This document shows positions 1-10,934 of a DNA stretch of 39,926 bases, one piece after another (positions within the stretch are counted from its first letter, which is position 1; every line of letters begins with the position of its first letter). The stretch is taken from NCBI GenBank assembly GCA_000388065.2, contig KB932204.1. One strand, written 5' to 3'. The notes below the pieces were generated by a model. The model worked only from the letters and a program-made list of their open reading frames with translations, had not been told where the DNA came from and ran no database searches. The position numbers and the translations under genes are program-made. The DNA comes from Fonticula alba ATCC 38817 (Eukaryota; Protista; Nucleariida).

Positions 1-3000
1 CCCCCCCCTCTACCCGTCGCCCGCTTCCGTGAATGCCCCGGGTCCAACATGCGCGCATTTGCCCCCCCCCCCCCCATGTCCACCCAGACACACGCACACG
101 CACACGCATGCACGGGCCCACTTACCGGGTAACTAGCGGTCTCCCAATCTGGGACTCCACGCTGAGGTCCGGTCGACTGTTCCCCCCGCCCCCCGCTCGC
201 CCCCCGGGCACCATGGGTGACTTTCTTCGGAACACCATGGGCCCGGTCCGGCCCCCCATCAGCCCCCCGCTGCCCCCTTGCTCCCAGGATCATCAGCGTG
301 CGAGTGTATGCGCGTGTGGCATGCCCCACCAGCAACGCGTTCACGCGCGGGCGCGCCCTTGTCCGGGCGGTCTTAGCTATTATTGCCCGGTTTTGGGTCC
401 CCCCCCCCCTCCCCCGCCCACAACTTCCACTCGGGCTGCCCCGTACACATCGGACACGGACACGCGCACGCAGACCCACGTACACCCGCACCCGCACCCA
501 CGCACACAGCCACACCCACACCCACACCCACACGCCCACGCCCGCCGGCTTCGTGCGTTCGCTTCCCCCGCCCCAGGTGCGGTAGCACGCGCCGACCTCG
601 GTCATGCCGAGAGGAGGATTGCCTGGCGACAATGGCCCCCCGCATTCGACCAGCCGCGTGTCTGACCCCTGGCATCCACCGGTGTGGCCATTCGTCGGGC
701 ACCGCACTCCCGGCGCCGGGCCCCCTCCCGCTCTCGCACACATTTCCCACCCCCAGCCCCCGTTCGGGATGGACGCGGCCATGGGTTTCACCGTGTTTGC
801 GGCCCGGCACCGGGGCACCACACGCTCGGCGAACGTACACCCTCCCCCTCGGCTCCCATGTGTGAATCCCCCCCCTCCTCCCCCGCCGGCCCCGGGGATC
901 TCGGCCCCGGCGGACATGCGCAGAGACGGACTCCTGACCGAGGCAGCAGCCGGTGGGTTGTTTGAGCCCCACCGTCCTCCGACGGATCTCGCCCCCCCCC
1001 CCCCCCCCTTCCACTCCCCCTAACTCCGTCCACGCAGAGCAGAGCCCATCTTCCCCGAATGGCACCGGGGAAACCCGGGGGCGCTAGACAGGGGCCTCCC
1101 CCCCCCCCCCCCCTCCCACCGGAACACGGGGCGCGTTAGGTGGCCCTTTCGCTAGCGCGCCCATCCACAGCCGCTTCTCCCACGCCCACTTCGCCACCTC
1201 GGCATGCCCACCGGCTGCGCATCCTCGGGCGCCCCTGCTCCCCCCCCCCCCACGGTCCGGCCCCTTCCGCTCCTGGCAGACATAGGGCCACTCACACATA
1301 CATGCACTGACACACACCCACTCACCCACCCACCCACCCACTGACACACCCACACGCGCGACCACAAATGCATGCATGCACGCGTGTATGCAAATGTATG
1401 CCTGCGTGAGCATGTTCGACCGGTCGGGCGCACACGCAATTTTCGCCCCGGCTCGCCGAGATTCTCGGCGTCAGCCCTAGACGCGTGCCAGTTCGCGCGA
1501 ACCGGTAACCATTCCCGCATGCCGGTTTGGATCTCGCCCCCCTCCCCCCANNNNNNNNNNNNNNNNNNNNNNNNNNNNNNNNNNNNNNNNNNNNNNNNNN
1601 NNNNNNNNNNNNNNNNNNNNNNNNNNNNNNNNNNNNNNNNNNNNNNNNNNNNNNNNNNNNNNNNNNNNNNNNNNNNNNNNNNNNNNNNNNNNNNNNNNNN
1701 NNNNNNNNNNNNNNNNNNNNNNNNNNNNNNNNNNNNNNNNNNNNNNNNNNNNNNNNNNNNNNNNNNNNNNNNNNNNNNNNNNNNNNNNNNNNNNNNNNNN
1801 NNNNNNNNNNNNNNNNNNNNNNNNNNNNNNNNNNNNNNNNNNNNNNNNNNNNNNNNNNNNNNNNNNNNNNNNNNNNNNNNNNNNNNNNNNNNNNNNNNNN
1901 NNNNNNNNNNGCAATCAGGCGAGCCGTGCTACCGTCGCAGTGCCTCGTCCTTTTGGCATGTCTTCCACCAAGCCATCCGGCCCATGCCCCGGTCTCACTC
2001 GCGGCGCCCCTCTCTGCCCCCCTCTGCCGGTCCCCTTGTTGCTCGCCTCGGTGGCCCGGATTCGCGCCGAGTAATCGCCCCCGGCGCCGGGATCCCCGCA
2101 TCCGGGGTACATAGCAGCTTGCCCACACGCCGGCGTCGGCCTCAGACCCACTCGTGCAAACAGAACGCCCTTGTCGCCCGGGGAGCAAGGAGCCGGCAAG
2201 GCCCGAGATCGCCCGGCCTCCCGGCTCCGACGTCGGCCTTCGCCGTGCCTCCCCGCCAGATGATGTTCTTCCGGGCGAACGATCCCCCTCGTCCTCTTGG
2301 CCCCACGGCCCCTCTTGCGCCCGCCCAGCCCACCTGAGCACATATTTTCCCCCCCCCCCCCCGCCCGCCTTCGCCCGCCCTCCTTGCCACCAGTGCGCCG
2401 CCCAGATCTTGGCGCCGGTCCCTGATTGAGGCGCATTCGCCGAGCCGGCCCCATGCTTGGCCTGGTGCAGGTGCATGTGGCGCGATCTCCCCGCCCCCCG
2501 CCCCCCCCCCCCCCCGTTCATAGGCCGTCGAGATCTGTCGCCAAAGGGGCACCATGGACTTGCCGGTCGCAAGGCCCGGCGTGCCGCCTCCCCCACATGC
2601 GCGGCGGTCATGATGGCGGCGGCGGCCCAGCGTCAACCTCCCGGGGGTACAGCTGGTCTCCGCCTGCCCAAGGCGTCTCGGCCTGACGTCCTCACGCGGC
2701 TTCCGGGGAATCGTAATTTCCCTCCCCCAAAACAATGTCACCCACACACGGCCACCGCCGTACTCGGCCGAGCCTACACGCGACGCGCAGTCTGCCCCAT
2801 TCGGGTGTGTTCGTGCCCCCTGTTTCGGCCCCCCTCCCCCCCCGTGCCCTCTCTGCGCCCTGGCAGCCCGGCCCGCCTGCCCGGGGGAGCGGTCGGCTGC
2901 CCCGGGCCTCTCGGCCGAAGCCCGCACCGGCCAGGCCCAACGCCGGGCATCCCGCAGGTCGGCCCCAAGCAGCCGGCCCGGTCCGGCCCGGGGGATCCCC

Positions 3001-3305
3001 TCGCGCCTCGGTCCGCCCGGCCGTCCGCCTCCTCGCCTGGGGCCCGGTCGTACTTGGTGGCTGCCGGGCGTCCGCCCGGCAGGCCGTCATCCTGGTTGAG
3101 CGCGGCCCGGCCCGACACGCCCCGCGGTGTGGGCACGCGCCTCACCGCGCTGGGCCTCGAGAAGTTGGCCTGTTCGCCGGCGCGGCGTCGCCCAGCCCGG
3201 CTCCTGATTTGCCCTCATACGCCGGGCGACTCTTGGCATGCCTCCAAGCCGACGCCCCGCCCCCCGGCCAAGGAGGGCAAGGAGGCGAGCCATTCGTCGC
3301 CTCCC

Positions 3306-3313
3306 TATAAAAG
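3306..3313 (+). promoter_or_regulatory. TATA box candidate upstream of the Cys-rich gene
   Basis: TATAAAAG stands out in very GC-rich DNA, about 620 nt upstream of the ATG at 3922; a gap and a probable 5'UTR intron lie between them. Confidence 0.45.
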
Positions 3314-3921
3314 GATCCGCCTCTCGGCTCCCCTCTCCAAGGAACTTCACACCGAAAGTAGTGTGACACACCGGAAAGACCCTGCCAAATCCGCGCGCGT
3401 GGCGATCACCCCTCGATCACTCCCCCTCCCCCCGCACGGCCTCCTGGCGCTCTCGTCCCTTGGCACACCGTTCCCCCTGCCCTTTGTCCCCCCTCCCCCC
3501 CCCCTCCCCCTATCGTGCCTCCTTCTGTCCGGTATGACGCTGCGGCCCTGCCCATGCTTGATGCCTCCCCCTGCCCTGACTCCGAGGGAGTCCCGCGTAT
3601 TTCTAACCCGCGCCCCTGCCGCCCCTCCCCCGCCGGCCCGCGGNNNNNNNNNNNNNNNNNNNNNNNNNNNNNNNNNNNNNNNNNNNNNNNNNNNNNNNNN
3701 NNNNNNNNNNNNNNNNNNNNNNNNNNNNNNNNNNNNNNNNNNNNNNNNNNNNNNNNNNNNNNNNNNNNNNNNNNNNNNNNNNNNNNNNNNNNNNNNNNNN
3801 NNNNNNNNNNNNNNNNNNNNNNNNNNNNNNCCCCCCCCGTTCCCTCCCCCCGGTCGGCCCATGTCCGGCCGTGCCCCGGCCTGGGCCCCCGCCTGCCGCC
3901 CCCCAGGTGTCTGGCGGCCCC

Positions 3922-6900
3922 ATGTTTGCCAAGCCCACAAGCAGCGGGCGCGGCATGGTCCGCGCCCTAAGCCTGCCCCTGGCCGCGCTCTTCGTGCTGC
4001 TCTGCTCGGCCGCGGCCCTGCCCGTGCCGAAGGCCCACACCGCCGGGCGCCTGATCCTCAAGCGCCCCGGCGCCCAGGAGGCCATCGAGGTGGCCGGCAT
4101 CGTCTACCGCCCGGGCACCACCGAAATCCAGGCCGTCGGCACCGGCGGCCAGGCCCGCTTCGACCCGCCGACCGCCGGGGATTGCGGCCCCGGCTGCCAG
4201 ACATGCGTCCTGGTGACGGCCCCGCTGGACAGCGCCCTCGGCACCCAGGCCAGCCTCTCGGGCGATCGGCTGTTCACCCAGACCGCCGTGTGTACCGTGT
4301 GCGAGGCCGGGCTCTTCCGCGATGCCAAGGCGTCGGCCTGTGTGGCCCAGTGCCCGGACGGGTTCTTCGCTTCGGCGGAGCTCGGCCAGTGCCTGCCCTG
4401 CTGGCATGGCTGCGCCACCTGCAGCGGCCGCGAGCCCGGCCACTGCACCGGCTGCCCGGCCGGGCAGTTTTTGGTCAGCAACCGCTGCGTCGATGCCTGC
4501 CCGGAGACCACCTTCCCCCGGGGGACCATCTGCGATGCCTGCGATGATGCCCGGTGCGCCGAGGACCCGGAGATGCGGGCCGGCTGCCCGGCCGAGTGCC
4601 CGGCCCCGGCGGCCGATGAGGCCAACACCATCGGCACCGCCGCCGCCGCCGCCGCCGCCATCACCACCACCACCTACACCGGCCTCTGCGACACCACCTG
4701 CATGACCTGCTCCGGGCCGACGGCCGACGACTGCCTCACCTGCTTCACCAGCCTCCGGTGGCACATCGACCGGTGTGTCACCAACTGCCCGCTGGGCTAC
4801 TGGGACCGGATTTCCGACTACACCTGCCAGCCCTGCGCCCCGAATTGCACCCGGTGCACCGGCCCGGCGGCCAATCAGTGCACCGCCTGTACCGAGGGCC
4901 GCATCGTGGTCCCCAACCCGGGGAGCACCCTGGTCGGCCATTGCGATGTGTGCGCGGAAAATTGCTCCGAGTGTGCCAGCAGCACGGTCTGCCAGCGGTG
5001 CAAGCCCGGCTTCCGGTTCATCGACGGCCGCTGCTACCCCAGCTGCGAGCCCGGCTTCTACGAGTACACCGGCCCGAACACCGATTCCACCCCGCACTGC
5101 ATCCGCTGCCACGAGTCGTGCAAGAATTGCACCGGGCCCACCCCGGACGACTGCACCAGCTGTAACTGGGGCTTCCGCTTCTGGGATGGCATCTGCCAGT
5201 ATGGCGGCTGCACCGGCGAGAATGAGCACATGCACCTGACCGGCCACTGTGGCAATTGCGTGCCCCAGTGGTACTACTGCCCGGAGCTGGACCCGCCTCC
5301 CTTGATGGCCACCTACCCGCATGAGGTGCCCATCATCCCCATCTGCGATGGGCCCATCTGCTGGCATCCGGACGGCATTGCCCGGCCGAATCCCTACTGG
5401 CCCCCGGGCAGTGGCAATGGGCTGAGCATCAACAGTGCCAAGCCCCGGTCGGATGGCTCGGCCGCCGGCCAGCCCCCGGCCAAGACCCTGACCTACACCA
5501 TGACGGACTTCGCCCAGGTGGCCGATCCGCCGGCCGACCAGGCCCACACGGCCGGCAGCCCGGCCTCCGGCATCCACACGACATCCCCCTTTGCCGGGCC
5601 CCGGTCGATCGAGATCCAAATGGAGGATGCCAATGGGCTGCTGTACACGCCGGATGTGGTGGCCGCCAAGGCGGTCACCGCCCTGCTGGGCTCCGCGGCC
5701 GGCGCCTCGTCGGCCTCCTCCAACGACGGGGGGATCTCCATCTCGGCCATTCGCACCGACTCCGGGGTCAACCCGGATGACTGCTTCTGGATGTGCTGGG
5801 GCCTCTATGGGTTCGGGGGCATCCTCGATGGGAATGCCGCGCCCGGGGCCCAGCAAGTCGCCGACACCACCCCGAAGCTCAGTGCCAAGCAGATGCTGTC
5901 CAGCATGGCGGCGGCCAGCGCGCGCGGGACCCCCACCAGCGGCGGCCAGGTCAATGCCTTCGGCTGGTTCACCGACCCGGATGACAGTGTGCTGGCCTGC
6001 GCGGAATTCTGCGTCCCCATGCCGGAGCGCTGCCTGACCATGCTCTTCCCGCCGTTGAACTTGTGCTACCATTGCAACCTCGGCTGTGCCGAGGGCCACT
6101 CCACGTGCAAGCGCTCGGTCGGGCCGAATGCCGACCAGTGCCGCGAGTGCCCGGCCGGGCGTCTCATCCAGGAGACCTGGGTCCCGGGCCAGGGCGAGTG
6201 CGTCACCACATGCGCCAGCACCCACTTCCAGGTGGACAACATGTGCCGGCGCTGTGCGCCCCAGTGCCTGACCTGCGAGGACCGGGCCAACAACTGCACC
6301 GCCTGCAAGCCCGGCTTCCTGACCATGCCGGATGGCGCCTGCCGGACCCACTGCCCGGAGGGCTATCGCCAGGCGGCCGGCAACAAGTGCCTCAAGTGCG
6401 GCCCGCATGCCCTCAAGTGCGACCAGTACGGCGTGCTGGCCTGTGAGATCGGCTACGCCCCGCGGGCCGGCGAATGTGTCCCGACCACCTGCCCCAGCGG
6501 CTTCTTCTGGAGCATCGCCAACCGCATCTGCCGGCCCTGCCACGAGAGCTGCAACACCTGCCGCGGCCTGAATGCCGACCAGTGCATCACCTGCTCCGCC
6601 AGCCATCCCTACATGATTGACGGCCTGTGCCAGTCCGGCTGCCCGGCCGGGTGGTTCTGGCGCGAGGAGAACCAGCGCTGCGAGAAGTGTGTCTTCTGCG
6701 CCGAGTGCTTCATCAACCGCTTCAAGTGCTGCAAGTGCGTCCCCGGCGAGTACCTCTTCTACGAGCGGTGCTACATCAACTACGACAGCCACGACAGCAC
6801 CGCCATCTCCAACCCCCTGGACCCGAGCCCGAAGATGGACCTCTGCGATGAGACCTGCGCCTCGTGCTCGACCAGCGCCAAAATGTGCACCTCCTGCCAC

Positions 6901-7260
6901 CCGGGCTGGCGGCTGGTGTCCGGCACCGGGAGGTGCGTGCTCGGCGACTGCCCCGAGGGCCTGGTCCCCGGGGTCGACCTCTCCGGGCAGGATGTCTGCC
7001 GGCTGCCGGAGGAGAACTTCTGCCGGCTGGATGCCGGGTTCTATCGCGACCCGGAGAACTACGAGTGCCGGGCCTGCCCCGAGGGCTGCGGCATGTGCCA
7101 CCAGGCGGATGTCGGCCTGCCGGTTGTCTGCCTGGCCTGTGCCCCGGGCACGTACGCCCACCCGGTCCATGGCGCGGACAAGTGCCAGCCCTGCCACAAG
7201 ACCTGCGGCACGTGCAACGGCCCCGGGCCCAAGGGCTGCCTCACCCCCAGCAAGGCCTGA
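3922..7260 (+). CDS. Secreted cysteine-rich protein with furin-like (CxxC) repeats, ~1100 aa, single exon
   Basis: Long ORF with strong GC3 bias. N-terminus MVRALSLPLAALFVLLCSAAALP looks like a signal peptide (ATG 3922 or 3955). Many CxxCxxxCxxC-GP-xxxCxxC units (e.g. CHESCKNCTGPTPDDCTSC, CHKTCGTCNGPGPKGC). No C-terminal transmembrane helix before the stop. Confidence 0.85.
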   Translation: MFAKPTSSGRGMVRALSLPLAALFVLLCSAAALPVPKAHTAGRLILKRPGAQEAIEVAGIVYRPGTTEIQAVGTGGQARFDPPTAGDCGPGCQTCVLVTAPLDSALGTQASLSGDRLFTQTAVCTVCEAGLFRDAKASACVAQCPDGFFASAELGQCLPCWHGCATCSGREPGHCTGCPAGQFLVSNRCVDACPETTFPRGTICDACDDARCAEDPEMRAGCPAECPAPAADEANTIGTAAAAAAAITTTTYTGLCDTTCMTCSGPTADDCLTCFTSLRWHIDRCVTNCPLGYWDRISDYTCQPCAPNCTRCTGPAANQCTACTEGRIVVPNPGSTLVGHCDVCAENCSECASSTVCQRCKPGFRFIDGRCYPSCEPGFYEYTGPNTDSTPHCIRCHESCKNCTGPTPDDCTSCNWGFRFWDGICQYGGCTGENEHMHLTGHCGNCVPQWYYCPELDPPPLMATYPHEVPIIPICDGPICWHPDGIARPNPYWPPGSGNGLSINSAKPRSDGSAAGQPPAKTLTYTMTDFAQVADPPADQAHTAGSPASGIHTTSPFAGPRSIEIQMEDANGLLYTPDVVAAKAVTALLGSAAGASSASSNDGGISISAIRTDSGVNPDDCFWMCWGLYGFGGILDGNAAPGAQQVADTTPKLSAKQMLSSMAAASARGTPTSGGQVNAFGWFTDPDDSVLACAEFCVPMPERCLTMLFPPLNLCYHCNLGCAEGHSTCKRSVGPNADQCRECPAGRLIQETWVPGQGECVTTCASTHFQVDNMCRRCAPQCLTCEDRANNCTACKPGFLTMPDGACRTHCPEGYRQAAGNKCLKCGPHALKCDQYGVLACEIGYAPRAGECVPTTCPSGFFWSIANRICRPCHESCNTCRGLNADQCITCSASHPYMIDGLCQSGCPAGWFWREENQRCEKCVFCAECFINRFKCCKCVPGEYLFYERCYINYDSHDSTAISNPLDPSPKMDLCDETCASCSTSAKMCTSCHPGWRLVSGTGRCVLGDCPEGLVPGVDLSGQDVCRLPEENFCRLDAGFYRDPENYECRACPEGCGMCHQADVGLPVVCLACAPGTYAHPVHGADKCQPCHKTCGTCNGPGPKGCLTPSKA

Positions 7261-8486
7261 GCTCCGGCACCGGTGCCGGCGCCCGGCCGCCCCNNNNNNN
7301 NNNNNNNNNNNNNNNNNNNNNNNNNNNNNNNNNNNNNNNNNNNNNNNNNNNNNNNNNNNNNNNNNNNNNNNNNNNNNNNNNNNNNNNNNNNNNNNNNNNN
7401 NNNNNNNNNNNNNNNNNNNNNNNNNNNNNNNNNNNNNNNNNNNNNNNNNNNNNNNNNNNNNNNNNNNNNNNNNNNNNNNNNNNNNNNNNNNNNNNNNNNN
7501 NNNNNNNNNNNNNNNNNNNNNNNNNNNNNNNNNNNNNNNNNNNNNNNNNNNNNNNNNNNNNNNNNNNNNNNNNNNNNNNNNNNNNNNNNNNNNNNNNNNN
7601 NNNNNNNNNNNNNNNNNNNNNNNNNNNNNNNNNNNNNNNNNNNNNNNNNNNNNNNNNNNNNNNNNNNNNNNNNNNNNNNNNNNNNNNNNNNNNNNNNNNN
7701 NNNNNNNNNNNNNNNNNNNNNNNNNNNNNNNNNNNNNNNNNNNNNNNNNNNNNNNNNNNNNNNNNNNNNNNNNNNNNNNNNNNNNNNNNNNNNNNNNNNN
7801 NNNNNNNNNNNNNNNNNNNNNNNNNNNNNNNNNNNNNNNNNNNNNNNNNNNNNNNNNNNNNNNNNNNNNNNNNNNNNNNNNNNNNNNNNNNNNNNNNNNC
7901 CCCCCCCCCCCCCCCCCCGCTGCCCCTTGCTCCCTCGCCCAGCGAGAGCAGCCCTTGCTGCTGGGTGCTTGCCCTGTCCCGCCGCCCGGTATCCGCGGCC
8001 CCCTCCCCGTCTGGTTTTGTCCTGTTGATGTCCGAGCACGGGGAGTGGGGATGCCTTCCTAACCCACAGCGGTGATCGCGGCCAGCCGAACCGTCAGATG
8101 CACTTTGCCCTCGATTCCGCCGGCTTCCCCCTGGGGCCAGGGGGAGGCGAGCAGGCAGGGCGGACCCGCCGAGCCGGCCGCCCCCCAGTGGTGGGAGCTC
8201 TGCCCGAAAAAAAATATACACATGTCACACGAGTCCCAGATCACATCGCCCGCACAGAGTCCGTATGCATTGGCACCATTCACCAAGTGCCAACCCTCGC
8301 TCCGGCCTCATCAGCCGCCTGGGTGCCGGGGGGTGGGCCCCTCCTGTGTTTCGGTCCAGATGCCCTCGACACAATTTCCTCCCCCCCCCCCGCCCCACGC
8401 GCCGCCCCTCCTCCCCAATCGGTCTTTTCTCCCCTTCGCAAGATAGATCCCCTGGGATATTTTCGTGTTGGACCCTGCGCCCCGGC

Positions 8487-9980
8487 ATGTTCCTGACTGT
8501 GGCTGGTGGTGCCATTGGTCGCCCATTCACCCGGCTGCTGGCCGGGGCCCGATCCCCGGCCCTCGGTTTTTTGATACACGCGCCCTGTGCCGGCGAACGC
8601 GCCTCCGGGTTTTTCTCCACCACCGCCCCCACCACCCCCACCACCGGCGATGATTGGGAGAGGGCGGTTTCCCACCGGTGCTTGATGATCCTTTGCCACC
8701 CGGATATGCCCTTTCGCCTGACGGCCGGCCAGCTGGCCATGCTGCCCGAGGGCCCGAGCAAGGACCAGCTCCCGGCCTTCATGTCTCAAGTGCTGGACTT
8801 TGTCGCCCTGCATCCCTCCTTGGAGGCCATCCCCCTGTCGCCGCATGAGCGGGCATGGTGCCTACGGCATCTGCCCAACATCCGGCCCCGGGTGTCGCCC
8901 AAGAAATTGGCCCGCCTCCTGGGGGACAGCAACTTGCAGGACCTCCTCAAGAGGCCCACGCACTTCCGCCTTTCGGATGCCTACGCCAAGCGCTTCCGCC
9001 ATGTGGCCCTGGCGAACCCCTCCAAGAGCGGGGTCGAGCTGGCGGCCATGCTTGGCATCCCGGTGTCGACGTGCTTCTCCCACCTGAACCGCCTTTGCCC
9101 GGAGTACTTCGACCGGCGGGCCGCCTGGCGCCAGGGGCTCATCGACCAGCTGGGCGCCCTCCTCATCAACGAGCCCAACCTCTCGGACAAGGACCTGGCC
9201 CGGCGGCTGGACATCAAGCAGGAGACCCTGGTGGCGCTGATTGCCCGGCACTTTCCGACATACTCTCGCCGGCTGGGCCGCATGCAGAACCGGCAGAAGG
9301 AGCTGCTCGCCATCCTGGCCGCCCGGGCCGATCCTCCGCCCACCCAGCGGGAGCTGGCCCAGAGGCTCAATGTTTCGGTGTCCACCGTCTCCCGGATGTT
9401 GGCTCGGCTCGCGGCCACGCGCGCGGCATCGGCCGGGGAGGACGCCGCTCCCCCGGCGACGCCGCCGCCGCCGCCGGTCCCGGACACGTCGCCTTCGGCC
9501 GAGGCACCGCCGGCGCCCGCGCCGACGTCTGCCTCGTCAGCGCACCCCCCGGAGCCGGGCCACGACCTGGCGGCCGGGCCAGCCGCGGCGGCGGCGGCGC
9601 ACGAGGCCCCCATCGGCCGGGAGCCAGCAGCCCCGTCCCCTGCTCCGGGCAGGCTCGAGCGCCTGGAGGCCGTCATGCAGCATCAGGGCCCAGGCCTGTC
9701 GGTGGCCGAGTTGGCCACCGCTGCCGACCTGCCCAGGAGAGAGGTCACACAGCTCCTGGCCCGGCACTTTCCCTCGTACCTGCCTGCGCGGCCGCCGCGG
9801 ACCCCAGCCCGGCAGGCGGTCCAAGTGGCCCGGGTGGGCGAGCTCATCGCGGCCAATGTCCCGGTCCAGCAAATCCCCTCCAAGCTGGGCATCCCGCGTG
9901 AGACCTTCCGGCGGATATTGGACACTCACTATCCGGACTTTTCCCGGAGGCCATCCACCCCGCCCTCCGCGGAAGAATAG
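8487..9980 (+). CDS. Orphan protein with five tandem helix-turn-helix modules, possible mitochondrial presequence
   Basis: ORF with GC3 bias. HTH-like motifs SGVELAAMLGIPVSTCFSHLNRL, SDKDLARRLDIKQETLVALIARH, TQRELAQRLNVSVSTVSRMLARL, SVAELATAADLPRREVTQLLARH, PVQQIPSKLGIPRETFRRILDTH. Start at 8487 is preferred over 8265 but is uncertain. Confidence 0.75.
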   Translation: MFLTVAGGAIGRPFTRLLAGARSPALGFLIHAPCAGERASGFFSTTAPTTPTTGDDWERAVSHRCLMILCHPDMPFRLTAGQLAMLPEGPSKDQLPAFMSQVLDFVALHPSLEAIPLSPHERAWCLRHLPNIRPRVSPKKLARLLGDSNLQDLLKRPTHFRLSDAYAKRFRHVALANPSKSGVELAAMLGIPVSTCFSHLNRLCPEYFDRRAAWRQGLIDQLGALLINEPNLSDKDLARRLDIKQETLVALIARHFPTYSRRLGRMQNRQKELLAILAARADPPPTQRELAQRLNVSVSTVSRMLARLAATRAASAGEDAAPPATPPPPPVPDTSPSAEAPPAPAPTSASSAHPPEPGHDLAAGPAAAAAAHEAPIGREPAAPSPAPGRLERLEAVMQHQGPGLSVAELATAADLPRREVTQLLARHFPSYLPARPPRTPARQAVQVARVGELIAANVPVQQIPSKLGIPRETFRRILDTHYPDFSRRPSTPPSAEE

Positions 9981-10934
9981 ACCTGCCTTTCGGGGAGAGC
10001 TTTTCACCATGTTGTGGGAACGTCGTTGTCCGGCCCCGGCGGCCCGAGGGGAGGGGGCGGGGGACTGCCGGCACAAGGGCGCGCCGCGCGCACGCTTGAG
10101 AGCGCCCCCTCCCCTCCGGTCCGGTCACCGGCCCGGAGGAGGCCCAGATCGCCAAGCCCATGGTGCGCAGGGTCGCCCCGGACGCCGGTCCGCCGGCGGG
10201 AATCGGTCCCTCACCCCGCCGAGCCCGCGAGAGCGCGAGGCTCTCGATCCCACGTGCGACGAGATCACATGAGGACTCAATTATCTTTTGTGGCCCCCAC
10301 CCCAGGGCACTGCGCGGTTTCGTGCGATTCCGGGTCGCCCCCCCCTTGCTCCTGCTCGTCGTCCTTCGGCGCCTCTGTCGCCCTCGCTCTCGCCTGCCCA
10401 GCTTCCTGGTGTTTCTTCCGGGGCTTCTCCCGGCACTTTCTGTGTTGATGCAAGTGCATGCGTTTGCGACGGTCGTGGGGATGTGTGGCTGTCCCGGGGG
10501 TGGAGCGTTCCAGCGTTCCGGCGTTGCCCGCGCCCCGGGGGGGGGGGGCGGGACAACCACAGGAGGAGTCCACCGCCAAGCCCCTCGCGACCCTCACACG
10601 CAGGCCGCCGGTTTAATTTGGCCGGCGGCGTCTCGATCGCCGGCCAGTCACTCGGACCTTTCGACGGGGCCCCGCGGCCGCCCCGGCAGCAGGCCGATAT
10701 GCAATGGTGCGCACCCCCCCCCCCGGGAGCGGAGACAGCCGGCCCGGCCCTCCCCGGCCGGGCACAGAAGCGGCAAGTTTTTTTTTTTTTTTTTCAGATC
10801 CCGGTGCCGCGATCTCCCCCGGCCGCGAGACCGGTCACATCGCCTCCCCTCCTCCTCGCCTCCCCTCCTCCTCGCCTCCCCCCTCCCGCCCCCCCCTCTC
10901 TCTCTTTGCTCCCCCCTCGTCACTGGCCCCCATC

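Noticed and set aside
1322-2611. ORFs spanning N gaps (also 2457-4547, 6617-8221, 15942-18138 5' part, 25253-26671, 29749-30512)
   Set aside because: Length is an artefact of Ns lacking stop codons.
3967-7197. 1076-aa antisense ORF opposite the Cys-rich gene
   Set aside because: Shadow ORF expected from high GC3 codon usage on the sense strand; no motifs.
10704-10934. N-terminal extensions of ORFs (10704, 8265, 3871, 37174-38115 5' part)
   Set aside because: They run through homopolymers or low-complexity UTR-like sequence; downstream ATGs in good context were preferred.
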